DNA from: a virus
Lineage: Duplodnaviria; Caudoviricetes
IMG/VR virus record: IMGVR_UViG_2974632701_000001
Span: 10,676 to 74,675 of that record
Direction: 5' to 3' (one strand)
Length of the DNA: 64,000 nucleotides
Below the pieces are notes generated by a model. That model worked only from the letters and a program-made list of their open reading frames with translations, did no database searches and was not told the origin of the DNA. Below, in pieces: positions 18,277 to 28,894 of this stretch (its first letter is position 1; each line of letters begins with the position of its first letter). A program made the position numbers and the translations under genes.

Positions 18277-19541
18277 ACCAAGAACAACGAGACGCATTTC
18301 AGGATGTACTTGCCTTCATCAATGATCCTGACCGAAAATTCCACAGGGTTTCTGGTGGAGCAGGTACAGGAAAGAGCTTCTTCATTTCCAAAGTCACCGA
18401 CGACATCCTGAAACACAAAGGACCAGACTGTCCCCTTACATCTGTAGCAGTCACTGCTACCACCAACAAAGCAGCAGCAGTCCTCAAGGCTGCAATGCAA
18501 CATCGTCGTGGAGACATCCAGACGATCTATTCATTCATGAATCTCAGAGTCCATAACGACTTCACTTCAGGTGATAAGCGTGTGGTTCCTACTGCCAAGT
18601 GGGAAGTCCATGACCGGACTCTGATCATTGTCGATGAAGCCTCAATGGTCAACAAAACCCTGTATGACTACATCGACAAGGGAACCACCAAGAACTGCAA
18701 GATCCTTTTTGTCGGAGACAGAAATCAGCTTGCTCCTGTCAAAGAGAATATCTCTCCTGTCTATTCGAAGAAGAAGACTGAGAGTTTCCTCATCTCTCCT
18801 GTTCGTCAACAGAATCAGAAAGCTCTCATGGAGCTTGCAGAGATGGCCAAGGATACTGTTCTGACAGGTGTGTTCCATCCCATCAAAGAAGTTCCTGGTG
18901 TGATCGACTTCGTTACAGGAAACCAACTCAAAGGGATTCTGGAACGAGAGTATCACAAAGAGGATCCCAACAAGAGGCTCCTCTGCTACACCAATGAGCG
19001 AGTCATCAACTACAATCTCTATGTTCGTCAGCTTCGTGGATACACGCAGAACTATGAGGTTGGAGAGATGCTTACCAACAACTCATCGGCAGAACTCGTT
19101 GATAAGACACGTCTTTACACTGACCAAGTGGTAGAGGTGATCCAACGAGGTCAAGCCTATGAGAACGATCAGATCGTACCCGGAGCCATCATTGACATGG
19201 TTGATCTCGTGGTTCGGGATCCAGAGACGTTTGCAATCTACAACGTCACTGTGACCGAAGATCCCAATGATCGTGAAGAGGTGCTCAAATACTGGAAGTC
19301 CAGAAAAAAGTGGGATCGGTTCTTCAAATTCCAAGATAACCATCCTGACCTTCGTTCTGTGGCGGCCAGCACAACTCACAAAGCACAGGGTTCAACCTAT
19401 GATGAAGTAATCGTGGACCTTGCTGACATTGGCAAGTGTACCCAAACCGACATGGCAGCCCGTCTTCAGTACGTGGCTCTCACTCGACCCAAGAATCGCC
19501 TCTACATCAGAGGTGAGCTTCCCGAAAGGTTCTTCCAATGA
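18264..19541 (+). CDS. SF1 (Dda/RecD-like) DNA helicase
   Basis: Walker A GGAGTGKS, Walker B IIVDEASM, GDRNQL, THKAQGSTYD, YVALTR. Confidence 0.93.
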   Translation: MASLNQEQRDAFQDVLAFINDPDRKFHRVSGGAGTGKSFFISKVTDDILKHKGPDCPLTSVAVTATTNKAAAVLKAAMQHRRGDIQTIYSFMNLRVHNDFTSGDKRVVPTAKWEVHDRTLIIVDEASMVNKTLYDYIDKGTTKNCKILFVGDRNQLAPVKENISPVYSKKKTESFLISPVRQQNQKALMELAEMAKDTVLTGVFHPIKEVPGVIDFVTGNQLKGILEREYHKEDPNKRLLCYTNERVINYNLYVRQLRGYTQNYEVGEMLTNNSSAELVDKTRLYTDQVVEVIQRGQAYENDQIVPGAIIDMVDLVVRDPETFAIYNVTVTEDPNDREEVLKYWKSRKKWDRFFKFQDNHPDLRSVAASTTHKAQGSTYDEVIVDLADIGKCTQTDMAARLQYVALTRPKNRLYIRGELPERFFQ

Positions 19542-19867
19542 TCAGCAAAGCCTGTCAATCATTCACCATCCGAATCTGGATGGCTGGGAACTATGCTCGG
19601 GCCGAAGAGATCTGTCGTGAGTTCTGTGAACGGGGCATGTGTGTAAGCATATGCCCCATGAACTACATCTACACAGGTGGTGAAGAGAGTGGCTTCTGCG
19701 TCACACTCATCAACTACCCTCGCTTCCCCAAACCAATCATCGACCTCAAGGATATCGCTTTTGAGCTTGCCACCAAGCTCATGGAAGGACTACACCAACA
19801 GTCTTTCACCATCGAGAATCCTACAGAGATGCTCTTCTTCTCTAAGAGGCCAGAAGACACGAGGTAA
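19538..19867 (+). CDS. hypothetical protein
   Basis: 109-aa ORF between helicase and polymerase, ATGA-coupled. Confidence 0.75.
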   Translation: MISKACQSFTIRIWMAGNYARAEEICREFCERGMCVSICPMNYIYTGGEESGFCVTLINYPRFPKPIIDLKDIAFELATKLMEGLHQQSFTIENPTEMLFFSKRPEDTR

Positions 19868-19870
19868 ACC

Positions 19871-22501
19871 ATGCACTATGAAATCATTGGCAAAGGCCGT
19901 CCTGCAAGGATAGCCATTCTTGTTCCCCGGATCCAAAAGACTGAGGTGATCAAACACTACATGCCAGTGCTTTCCCAGTTGAACGAAGAGGTCATGATCT
20001 GTGATATCTATTTGAATCGTAAGAAGAAAAAGACATCACACACTGAGATCAAAGAGTATCTGGATGACCTCCTTCCAAACATCATCAACGCTGGCATTGA
20101 GTTTCTGGTTGTCGCTCAACCAGATTACTTCAAGGTACTGACAAAACAGGGGAAGACCGATGCGAACATTGGTGACATTTTTGACACAGTGGGTGGTCTC
20201 AAGACTACATACATCCCCCACTACTCCCGTGTTTTCTACGATCCGGAAAAAACCAAAGCCAAGATTGACCAAGGACTTCAGTCCGTCCTCTCCTATCTTG
20301 GATCCGGAACCTACAGAAAACTTGGCTCGAATATCATCCATTCAGCCACGTATCCATCTTCGCTGAAGGAAAAGCTCGATTGGCTAGACAAGCTGATCGA
20401 GATGGATGTTGATCTGTCCTGCGATATCGAAGGCTTCTCACTGAAGCACTATGATGCAGGTATAGGAACCATCACCTTCTGCTGGGATCAGCACAACGGC
20501 ATTGCCTTTGAGGTGGATAACACCAAAACAAAGGCAGAGGATCACGTCCTTCGCCAAGCTCTGAAGACCTTCTTCTATAGGTATCGAGCCACTGGCCGAC
20601 GTATGATCTACCATAACATCTGTTATGATGCCTATGTGCTGATCTACCAATTATTCATGGACCATATCCTTGACCAAGAAGGTCTTCTTGAGGGTCTGGA
20701 CGTGATGCTTGAGAACTGGGAATGCACCCAGTTGATCACCTACCTTGCAACCAACAGTTGTGCTGGCAATGAGCTTGGTCTCAAAGCACAAGCACAGGAA
20801 TTCGCTGGGAATTATGCTGTCGAGGATATCCAAGACATCACCCAAATCGAACTTCCAAAGCTGTTGGAATACAACCTTGTGGACGGTCTCTCGACTTGGT
20901 TCGTGTACAACAAACACTACCAAACAATGATCAACGATCAGCAGTTCGAGATCTATACAGGACTCTTCAAAGATGCTGTGAAAGACATTATTCAGATGCA
21001 GTTGACTGGTCTTCCGGTCAACATGGATAAGGTCATCAAGCTGAACGATCAGCTTGGTGCTGAGTCTGAGCATAACGTCTGGAAGATGTTGCAGACCAAA
21101 ATCGTTCAAGGTTTTGTCTATCAGCTTGAAGAGGATGCTCTGAAGAAGAAGAACGAAAAGCTCAAGACCAAAGTCGTCACTCGTGTAGACCTTGGTTCAA
21201 CTCAGGATCTGATGGTTGCTTTCAACCCCGGATCCGCTCCACAGCTTCAACGTCTTCTGTATTCAGATGAGTTCCTAGGACTTCCTGTCCTTGATCTCAC
21301 AGACTCTGGGCTACCAAGCACAGGTGCTGACACTCTGGAGAAACTTCTGAACCAGAACATTTCTGAGGAAACCAAGGAATTCTTGAACATCCTTCTGGAG
21401 TACAAGGCTTCTGCGATCATCCTCAGTACCTTCTTGCCAGCTTTCCTGAAGGCATGTCCCGGTCCTGATGGGTGGCACTACCTCTTTGGTAACTTCAGAC
21501 TTGGTGGGACTCTGAGTGGTCGGTTGTCATCAAACAATCCGAACCTTCAGAATATCCCGTCATCTGCTGGTGGTCCTTTGAAGTCTCGACTTGCAAAGCT
21601 CATCAAAAAATGCTTTGAAGCTCCTCCCGGATGGCTCTTTGTGGGTCTCGACTTCGACTCATTAGAAGACAGAATCTCTGCTCTTCAAACCAAAGACCCA
21701 GAAAAACTGAAGGTGTATACGGATGGTTACGATGGTCATTCTCTACGGGCCTATGGTTATTTTGGCGATCAAATGCCAGATATCGACCCTTCTTCTGTGG
21801 ATTCAATCAACTCGATTGCAAAGAAGTACAAGCCTTTGAGACAGGAAAGCAAAGCTCCTACCTTTGCTCTCACCTATCAAGGTACGTTCCACACTCTCAT
21901 GGTCAACTGTGGTTTCTCCAAAGAGAAGGCTCAGGACATCGAGAACAAGTACAAGAAGATGTACAAGGTCTCGATTGAGTATGTGGAGAAGAAGCTCGAA
22001 CAGGCTACTCGTGATGGCTACATCACTGTAGCTTTCGGTCTACGTGTTCGTACTCCTCTGCTTGCACAGACTATCCTTGGAACCAACAAGACACCCAAGG
22101 AAGCAGCAGCAGAAGGCAGGACAGCAGGTAACGCTATGGGTCAGTCATACTGTATGCTGAACTCCAGAGCCGCATCTGAGTTTATGAAGAAGGTCAGAGC
22201 GTCTAAGCATAAGCTGGACATCAAACCATGTGCTCACATCCACGATGCCCAATACTACTTGGTGCGTGATGGAGCATATGAAGCTCTGATGTATCTGAAT
22301 GAGCATCTGCCCAAAGCTGTTGCTTGGCAGGATGATCCTGAGATCTGGCACGATCAAGTCAAACTCTCTGGTTCGGTAGAGATCTTCTATCCGAACTGGA
22401 ACCATGGGTTCGACATTCCCAATGCAGCCAATGAGAACACGATCAAAGATCGTATCAAAGCTCACTTGGCTGAACTCAAAGAAAAAGGAATCGCAGCATG
22501 A
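19871..22501 (+). CDS. family A DNA polymerase
   Basis: 3'-5' exonuclease DIEG/HN..YD, TLSGRLSS..PNLQN, motif A DFDSLE, motif B RQESKAPTFALTYQG, motif C HIHDA. Confidence 0.95.
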   Translation: MHYEIIGKGRPARIAILVPRIQKTEVIKHYMPVLSQLNEEVMICDIYLNRKKKKTSHTEIKEYLDDLLPNIINAGIEFLVVAQPDYFKVLTKQGKTDANIGDIFDTVGGLKTTYIPHYSRVFYDPEKTKAKIDQGLQSVLSYLGSGTYRKLGSNIIHSATYPSSLKEKLDWLDKLIEMDVDLSCDIEGFSLKHYDAGIGTITFCWDQHNGIAFEVDNTKTKAEDHVLRQALKTFFYRYRATGRRMIYHNICYDAYVLIYQLFMDHILDQEGLLEGLDVMLENWECTQLITYLATNSCAGNELGLKAQAQEFAGNYAVEDIQDITQIELPKLLEYNLVDGLSTWFVYNKHYQTMINDQQFEIYTGLFKDAVKDIIQMQLTGLPVNMDKVIKLNDQLGAESEHNVWKMLQTKIVQGFVYQLEEDALKKKNEKLKTKVVTRVDLGSTQDLMVAFNPGSAPQLQRLLYSDEFLGLPVLDLTDSGLPSTGADTLEKLLNQNISEETKEFLNILLEYKASAIILSTFLPAFLKACPGPDGWHYLFGNFRLGGTLSGRLSSNNPNLQNIPSSAGGPLKSRLAKLIKKCFEAPPGWLFVGLDFDSLEDRISALQTKDPEKLKVYTDGYDGHSLRAYGYFGDQMPDIDPSSVDSINSIAKKYKPLRQESKAPTFALTYQGTFHTLMVNCGFSKEKAQDIENKYKKMYKVSIEYVEKKLEQATRDGYITVAFGLRVRTPLLAQTILGTNKTPKEAAAEGRTAGNAMGQSYCMLNSRAASEFMKKVRASKHKLDIKPCAHIHDAQYYLVRDGAYEALMYLNEHLPKAVAWQDDPEIWHDQVKLSGSVEIFYPNWNHGFDIPNAANENTIKDRIKAHLAELKEKGIAA

Positions 22502-22866
22502 CGCGACCAATCAACACTCTTGTAGATAAGGCAGCCTATGTCTTGCACATGACCAACAAAGCATGGTGTGAGGCAAATGGTGACTTCTCTCAACCACATT
22601 GGAATGATATGCCTGACTGGCAGTACCAGTCTATCAAAGACGGTATCGACTTCCATATGAACAACCCAGACGCAGGCGATTCTGCATCCCATGACAATTG
22701 GATGAAGATGAAGCTGAATGAAGGGTGGGTCTATGGTCCTGTCAAAAACCCAGAGGCATCTCCTCCTACCCATCCTTGTTTGGTTTCTTTCGAGGAACTT
22801 CCTCAAGAGCAACAAATCAAGGACGCACTCTTCCGTGCGGTCTTCCATACAATTCTGAAAGACTGA
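22498..22866 (+). CDS. RyR-repeat domain protein
   Basis: HDNWM..KL.EGWVYG.......HPCLVSFEELP..QQ.KD matches the ryanodine-receptor repeat consensus. Confidence 0.7.
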   Translation: MTRPINTLVDKAAYVLHMTNKAWCEANGDFSQPHWNDMPDWQYQSIKDGIDFHMNNPDAGDSASHDNWMKMKLNEGWVYGPVKNPEASPPTHPCLVSFEELPQEQQIKDALFRAVFHTILKD

Positions 22867-22870
22867 ACCA

Positions 22871-23866
22871 ATGAAAAAACTGACCAACCAACATCAGATC
22901 GACCTGCCTATTGCAGTGTGGCTTCTTCAGAACGGCTATTACAGCGGGGCTGATGTCGCTCCTGAAGGTGAGTTGATCAGCGTCACTACCCTGATGAAGC
23001 CTACTCGTAGGCTGATTCTGGAACGTCAGGTAGACCAGACCCAAGAGGTCATGGATGTATCTGACTTGATTGCCTCTCGTGTGGGTCATGGTCTTCATGA
23101 CTCTATCGAGCGGGCATGGACAGAAGGCGACTGGAGAGGGGCGATGCGGCGTCTCCATTATCCCCAGTCAGTGATTGATCGAGTAAAGATCAATCCAGAT
23201 CCTTCTGAGGTCAGTGGGAACGATATTCCCATCTTCTTGGAGCAGCGTCGATTCAAGGAGATAGGGGGTGTCGTTCTCACTGGCCAGTTGGATTTCGCCA
23301 TCAACGGTGCATACCGTGACGTGAAGACCACTTCGACTTTCAGCTACACCAGTGGCAAGAAAGACAAGGACTACATCCTTCAGGGTTCGATGTACCGTTA
23401 CATCATGCCAGAGTTTATCTGGCAGGATACCATGAGGATTGAGTTCATCTTCACTGACTGGCTGAAGTATCGGGCCGAGAGTGATCCGAACTATCCCCAA
23501 GCCAAGGTAGCTCACAAAGAGTATCCCCTCATGAGTGAGGCTGATACTGAGCGTTGGATCCTTGACAAGCTGGCTGATATCAAGAAGAACGCTCGTCTCA
23601 CTCACAACCAAGACAAGCTAGTTCGTTGCACTGACGACGAACTCTGGAAGCAGCCTGACAGCTACAAGTATTACGCCAACCCGGAAACAGCTAATGCTGG
23701 GGGGCGTGCTCAGAAGAGCTTTGAAAGTCTCGCTGACGCAGAACTGCACAAAAAAGAGAAAGGTAAAGGGGTCATCGTCTCCGTACCCGGAGAAGTGAAA
23801 GCCTGTACCTATTGTCCAGCCTTCTCGGTCTGTGAACAACGTAAGGAGTATTTCCCGGATGTCTAA
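22871..23866 (+). CDS. PD-(D/E)XK (Cas4-like) exonuclease
   Basis: GHGLH, GQLDF...YRDVKT, QGSMY and C-terminal C...CTYC.....C cluster; N4-like position after the polymerase. Confidence 0.75.
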   Translation: MKKLTNQHQIDLPIAVWLLQNGYYSGADVAPEGELISVTTLMKPTRRLILERQVDQTQEVMDVSDLIASRVGHGLHDSIERAWTEGDWRGAMRRLHYPQSVIDRVKINPDPSEVSGNDIPIFLEQRRFKEIGGVVLTGQLDFAINGAYRDVKTTSTFSYTSGKKDKDYILQGSMYRYIMPEFIWQDTMRIEFIFTDWLKYRAESDPNYPQAKVAHKEYPLMSEADTERWILDKLADIKKNARLTHNQDKLVRCTDDELWKQPDSYKYYANPETANAGGRAQKSFESLADAELHKKEKGKGVIVSVPGEVKACTYCPAFSVCEQRKEYFPDV

Positions 23867-26054
23867 TTTCTATGATCTCTCTGTCATAGAGAACACGCCT
23901 CACAATCCTGCAATGCAAGAATTGGTTGATCTCCTGTGCCATCGCACAGGGAACGTCAATCGTGACTTCTTTCAGGCTGAGGTGGCGTATTTTCTTGGCC
24001 TGATCCCGTCTACCATGAGGTGCAAGATCCGTTCACCTGAACGTGGTCTCTTGCCTGTCAACATCTACTCCATTGCTCTGGCTACGTCAGGCTTTGGTAA
24101 GGGTCACTCTGTGAACCTGCTGGAAGATGTGCTCATGGGTTTCCGTGAAGCCTTCATGAAGGGAACCTTCAATCAACTGGCTGAAACCAACCTCTTCAAC
24201 ATGGCAGTGGATATCGCTGCTGCCAAAGGTGGGGATGAGCAAAAAGAGCTTGAGATCCTTGAAAGTGATTTCAAGAAACAAGGTCATGCGCCATTCATCT
24301 TCGACTCTGGTACTGGTCCTGCTGTGAAACAGCTTCGGTACAAACTGCTCTTGGCAGGTGCAGGCTCCATCAATTTCCAAATGGATGAGATGGGTTCTAA
24401 CCTGTTGGGCAACAACGAAGTTCTCAACACACTGCTGGAGCTTTACGACCTTGGTAAGATCAAAGCCAAGCTCGTGAAGAACACTCCAGACAATGAACGT
24501 GGTCTGGATATTTCTGGTTCAACACCAGCGAATGTCCTCATGTTTGGAACCAACTCCAAACTGTTCGATGGTGCCAAAATCGAAGAAGAGTTCTACTCGT
24601 TCCTTGCAACGGGTTATGCTCGACGCTGCTTCTTTGGTATGGGTCGAAGTGAGACGAAGTTTGCTCAGATCAACCCTGAAGATGTCTACCGTGGTCTAGT
24701 GTCTAAGAACCAATCTCAGACACTGACTCGGTGGCAAACCTTCCTCGCCAAGTTTGCAGATCCTCGGTATCACAACATCGAACTCGATGTACCAGAGGAT
24801 GTGGGTATCGAATTGATCAGCTATCGACTTCAGTCGGAAGCCATGGCCAATGAGATGCCTGAGCATGAGGAAATCCGAAAGGCTGAACTGTCGCATCGTT
24901 ACTTCAAATCCCTGAAGCTCGCTGGAGTGTATGCTTTCTTGGACGAAAGTCCTGAAATCCAGATCCAGCATCTCAGACAAGCCATCAAGGTTGCTGAGGA
25001 ATCAGGTGCATCTTTCCAAAAACTTCTGAAGCGTGAACGTAACTTCGTTCGATTGGCGAAATACATTGCGACCAGTCAGAACAACCTCACCCATGCAGAC
25101 TTGGTTGAGGATCTCCCCTACTACCCTACCTCGACCGTCGCTCGTAAAGAGATGATGGACTTGGCTATGGCATGGGGTGTCAGCAATCATGTCGTGATCA
25201 CCAAGAACGTGGTTCAACAGGTTGAGTTCTTCTCCGGCTCTATGCTGGAAGAGACTGACCTGAACAACCTCATCTTCTCTTTGAGTGATCACTTTGCTTA
25301 TGACTATGAACCACAGAAGAGATCTTTGGAAAGTCTGGAGAAGCTCTTCAAGGCTCCCAATTACCATTGGGCAAATCACACCTTCGAAGAAGAACATCGT
25401 AGTGAAGACAAGGTAATCCCCGGCTTCAATATGATTGTCATCGACGTTGATGGTCATGAGCGAGACAAAGAAGGGAACGTCACTCGGAAAGGTCCAACGC
25501 TTGATCAGGTTCACTCCCTGCTTCAAGACTATACCTTTGCCACGTACACGACCAAAAGCCATACAGACGAAGAACATCGCTTCCGTCTGGTCATTCCGAC
25601 CAACTATGTCCTTCATCTTGAGAAGGACGACTACAAGGAATTCATGGCTTCATTCGCAATGTGGCTTCCATTCCACTCAGACACTGCTGCAAACCAGCGT
25701 AGTCGAAAGTGGAGGACCAATCCACTTGCACAAGTCCACATTAACCGTGGTCCGCAAGTGCTTGATGTTCTTCCATTTATCCCGAAAACCAAATCGAACA
25801 GCGAGTATGTTCAACAGATCGTTGATCTGGGTAATCTGGATAATCTTGAGCGTTGGTTCTTGAACCACATGGACGTAGGGGGTAGGAACAACAACCTGCA
25901 TAACTACGCCAAGATGCTGATGGATGCAGGTGCTGACTACGACCAAATCGAAAAGAAAGTCCTGAAGCTCAATCAGGATTCTGGAACTCCCCTGAAGAAA
26001 GATGAAGTCTACTCGACCATTCTGAAATCAGTGGCTTCCAAGATGTCGAAGTAA
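23859..26054 (+). CDS. N4-type DNA primase/helicase-like protein
   Basis: SGFGKG P-loop-like motif, IDVDG primase-like motif, C-terminal GGRNNNLHNYA (PriCT-like); start at ATG 23859. Confidence 0.78.
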   Translation: MSNFYDLSVIENTPHNPAMQELVDLLCHRTGNVNRDFFQAEVAYFLGLIPSTMRCKIRSPERGLLPVNIYSIALATSGFGKGHSVNLLEDVLMGFREAFMKGTFNQLAETNLFNMAVDIAAAKGGDEQKELEILESDFKKQGHAPFIFDSGTGPAVKQLRYKLLLAGAGSINFQMDEMGSNLLGNNEVLNTLLELYDLGKIKAKLVKNTPDNERGLDISGSTPANVLMFGTNSKLFDGAKIEEEFYSFLATGYARRCFFGMGRSETKFAQINPEDVYRGLVSKNQSQTLTRWQTFLAKFADPRYHNIELDVPEDVGIELISYRLQSEAMANEMPEHEEIRKAELSHRYFKSLKLAGVYAFLDESPEIQIQHLRQAIKVAEESGASFQKLLKRERNFVRLAKYIATSQNNLTHADLVEDLPYYPTSTVARKEMMDLAMAWGVSNHVVITKNVVQQVEFFSGSMLEETDLNNLIFSLSDHFAYDYEPQKRSLESLEKLFKAPNYHWANHTFEEEHRSEDKVIPGFNMIVIDVDGHERDKEGNVTRKGPTLDQVHSLLQDYTFATYTTKSHTDEEHRFRLVIPTNYVLHLEKDDYKEFMASFAMWLPFHSDTAANQRSRKWRTNPLAQVHINRGPQVLDVLPFIPKTKSNSEYVQQIVDLGNLDNLERWFLNHMDVGGRNNNLHNYAKMLMDAGADYDQIEKKVLKLNQDSGTPLKKDEVYSTILKSVASKMSK

Positions 26055-26063
26055 GGAGACACC

Positions 26064-26798
26064 ATGTCCGACAACAACCCACACAGTATTCTGATCTGTG
26101 GCGAATCTGGTGCAGGGAAATCAATGTCCCTGTACGAGATACGTGATCGGTCAGACGTACTGTACCTCAACTGCGAAGGCGGTAAGCCTTTGCCTTTCAA
26201 GAACAAATTCAAGAATCGAGTAGTCACTGACCCTCTCGATATCTTGGATTGGCTTGAACAACTGGAAGAGTTGGGGGATCAAAACCCCTTCAATTTCGTG
26301 GTGATCGACACCATCAGTTTCATGATGGATATGTTCGAGACCATCCACGTCATCAACTCTTCCAACTCCCAGAAGATGTGGGGTGAGTATGCTCAGTTCT
26401 TCAAACGACTGATCAACCAATCCTCGAAGGTCAATGCCTTCTTCATCTTCATTGGTCACTTGGACCGTGTACTTGACGAAGAGGAAGGTATCTTCCGAAC
26501 CGCAGTACCTGTGAAGGGTGCTTTGGCCAAGAAAGGTCTGGAAGCCTATTTCACGACTGTCGTGAACGTAAGCAAACAGCCTATCAAAGAACTGATCAAA
26601 AGCCCCAACAGTCTGCTGACCATCTCTGAAGAGGATGAGGAGATTGGCTTCAAGCACGTCTTTCAGACTAGAACCACAAAGAAAACTCTGGGTGATCGAA
26701 TTCGTTCACCTATGGGAATGTGGGATCGGAGCGAATTGTACATCAACAATGACCTCGCTCCTGTCATCAAGCGCCTGCTCAAATACTACGAAGACTGA
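26064..26798 (+). CDS. AAA-family (Sak4-like) ATPase
   Basis: GESGAGKS, YLNCE, VIDTIS, FIGH motifs. Confidence 0.8.
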   Translation: MSDNNPHSILICGESGAGKSMSLYEIRDRSDVLYLNCEGGKPLPFKNKFKNRVVTDPLDILDWLEQLEELGDQNPFNFVVIDTISFMMDMFETIHVINSSNSQKMWGEYAQFFKRLINQSSKVNAFFIFIGHLDRVLDEEEGIFRTAVPVKGALAKKGLEAYFTTVVNVSKQPIKELIKSPNSLLTISEEDEEIGFKHVFQTRTTKKTLGDRIRSPMGMWDRSELYINNDLAPVIKRLLKYYED

Positions 26799-26854
26799 CT
26801 CTGCTTCGTTGGTTTGACCAAACCAAGTCCTCATGAAACAAGAAGGAATCCCTC

Positions 26855-27688
26855 ATGAGTAACATTTTCGCCAAGAAAAAACCCGCTGCCAAAGCTGAAG
26901 TCGAAGACGATTACGTTGGTGGTGGTGGCGTACTGGACACGGATATCTATCCGGCTGAAATCAAGTATGCCTACGTCGGGAAAGCTGCAAACAGCGAAGC
27001 CCGCAACCTGACTCTGTGTCTCAAGATGAATGGCATGGATATTACCCGTCAGATCTGGATGACCAACCGTGATGGTGATGTCACCTATCAAGACAAGAAA
27101 ACCAAGGAAGTGAAGAACCTTCCGGGTTTCAACCAAGTCAACGGTCTCTGCATGTTGCTGGCTTCGAAAGAAGTCGGGAATATGGATGTCGAAGAAAAGA
27201 CCCTCAGCCTCTACGACTATGAGTCGAAGAAGGAAGTTCCGCAGGCAGTGGACTGCTTCGTGGAACTGCATGGCCTGAAACTTCAGGTGGCTGTCCAGCG
27301 TCAGACCGTGGACAAGACCGAGAAGAATGAATCCACTGGTGAGTATGAACCCACTGGTGATACTCGTGACACCAACGAGTTCATCAAGTTCTTCCCTGAA
27401 GACCGTCTGGTTACAATCAGCGAAGTTGCACACTTCATCAAGAGCCTTGGTGGTGACTTCGAAGACGTGCTGAACGACGGTGATCTGGGCAAAGCCATCT
27501 CCAAGATGCAAGAAGACGGTGACTATGCCACGAAGTGGCTGGAAAAGAACCGTGGTCAAACTTGGGATCGTTCGACTGGCAAGAAGGAAGGCAAAGCCTT
27601 TGCTGGTGGCAAGTCGAGTGGTGCCAAAGCGTCGGGTGGTGGATCTACCGACAAAGCAAAAACGAAGTCGAGCCTGTTTGACGATTGA
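26855..27688 (+). CDS. ssb: N4-type single-stranded DNA-binding protein
   Basis: Position after the AAA gene; Gly/Lys-rich linker and acidic SLFDD C-terminus. Confidence 0.75.
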   Translation: MSNIFAKKKPAAKAEVEDDYVGGGGVLDTDIYPAEIKYAYVGKAANSEARNLTLCLKMNGMDITRQIWMTNRDGDVTYQDKKTKEVKNLPGFNQVNGLCMLLASKEVGNMDVEEKTLSLYDYESKKEVPQAVDCFVELHGLKLQVAVQRQTVDKTEKNESTGEYEPTGDTRDTNEFIKFFPEDRLVTISEVAHFIKSLGGDFEDVLNDGDLGKAISKMQEDGDYATKWLEKNRGQTWDRSTGKKEGKAFAGGKSSGAKASGGGSTDKAKTKSSLFDD

Positions 27689-28623
27689 GGCAAGAAGACT
27701 TCATAGAGCTTTTCGGTGAGGTGGTGGACTCGTACTCAGTGCGAGTCCCCACTTACGTTCATGTGAGTAAGAAAAACAATCAAGCTCTGAACCTGAACAT
27801 CTACCGGAATCTCCATCACCATCATCTTGATACACAAAAGAAAAACTTCGCAGATGAGGTGAAGCCATTACTGAGGGACAAGCCACGAGCAGAGAGGATC
27901 TGGATCCACTATACGATCTTCGCCTCAAGTAATCGGAGACTCGACACAATGAATGTCGGGTCCGTCACTGACAAGTATTTCAGTGATACGATGGTGGAAG
28001 CCGGAAAAATTCCTGATGATAACTATAACCATATTGTCCTCTCGACTTTTTCCTTTGGTGGGGTGGTCTCAATTGGAGGCCATGCCATAGCAACCGTTCA
28101 CATACTGAAACCAAAACAAGAGAAGGAGCCTGAGAACATGCGTATCTTGCTCGATCAAGATGACATTCAGAACGCACTCAACGCCTACGTGAAGACTCTT
28201 CAGTTTCCCAATGCGGATAAAGCTGAAGTCGAACTCTCCATCGAAGACGATGAGATCGTTGCTGAAGTCATCATAGGGGAAGCCCCTGTGAAAAACCGTG
28301 GTGGTCGTCCTCGGAAACTTACCCGAACCACGACCTCTGCAAAGAAGACTGAGGTGACTGAGGATGCTGCTGAAACTGATTCTGAAGGAGGTTGCGATAG
28401 CACTGCTTCAGGAGGCAGTGACGCAGCAGAGACAGACGCTGAAGAAGGAGAGGCAGAAGCTCCTGTACAGCCCGCCAAAAAGGAAGCCCCCTCGGGAAAC
28501 CTTTTTGGGGACGAGGGAGACCAATCCTCGGACTCCACAGCGGAAGCTGAAGATAGTCCCCCCAAAGGGAAAACGACTATTGTGAAGCCTGCCAAGAAGT
28601 CGAGCATCTTCGATGTTGACTAA
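27685..28623 (+). CDS. RusA-like resolvase domain in frame with an acidic low-complexity protein (possibly two genes)
   Basis: RRLDTMN...TDKYFSDTMVEAG.IPDDN is RusA-like; internal AAGGAG plus ATG at 28138 in the same frame. Confidence 0.6.
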   Translation: MRQEDFIELFGEVVDSYSVRVPTYVHVSKKNNQALNLNIYRNLHHHHLDTQKKNFADEVKPLLRDKPRAERIWIHYTIFASSNRRLDTMNVGSVTDKYFSDTMVEAGKIPDDNYNHIVLSTFSFGGVVSIGGHAIATVHILKPKQEKEPENMRILLDQDDIQNALNAYVKTLQFPNADKAEVELSIEDDEIVAEVIIGEAPVKNRGGRPRKLTRTTTSAKKTEVTEDAAETDSEGGCDSTASGGSDAAETDAEEGEAEAPVQPAKKEAPSGNLFGDEGDQSSDSTAEAEDSPPKGKTTIVKPAKKSSIFDVD

Positions 28624-28804
28624 TATCAGGCAGATCATCACAGCAATAGCAGGGGTGTTCATCACCCTTGCTTCTTTTTTCATCATTGCCCTTCTGGGAG
28701 CAATGGTGATGTTCGTGGGTTACTTCCTGATCTGGGGATTGATAGGGATTGCGGTTATCTCCTTCATCGTATTCCTTGTCTGGGCTTGGATCACAGACCC
28801 ATGA
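28613..28804 (+). CDS. small membrane protein
   Basis: 63 aa, almost entirely hydrophobic (about two TM helices). Confidence 0.7.
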   Translation: MLTNIRQIITAIAGVFITLASFFIIALLGAMVMFVGYFLIWGLIGIAVISFIVFLVWAWITDP

Positions 28805-28894
28805 ACACCAATACCTACGGGCTATTAGCTCACTCGTGAGAGAGAGTAACTGCTCTCAAGAATCGGGACAAGTCGGCTCAACCTGTAGGTATCT

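Noticed and set aside
19871-22501. Inteins or introns in DNA polymerase, nrdJ or terminase
   Set aside because: All conserved motifs are contiguous at normal spacing; no splice-junction or embedded endonuclease motifs seen.
26809-26826. TTGGTTT-GACC-AAACCAA inverted repeat upstream of ssb
   Set aside because: A single weak A/T-rich 7-bp stem with no second copy; insufficient support for a function.
28865-28881. GGGACAAGTCGGCTCA resembling the RNase P RNA conserved region
   Set aside because: No complementary P4 partner or other RNase P conserved regions nearby.
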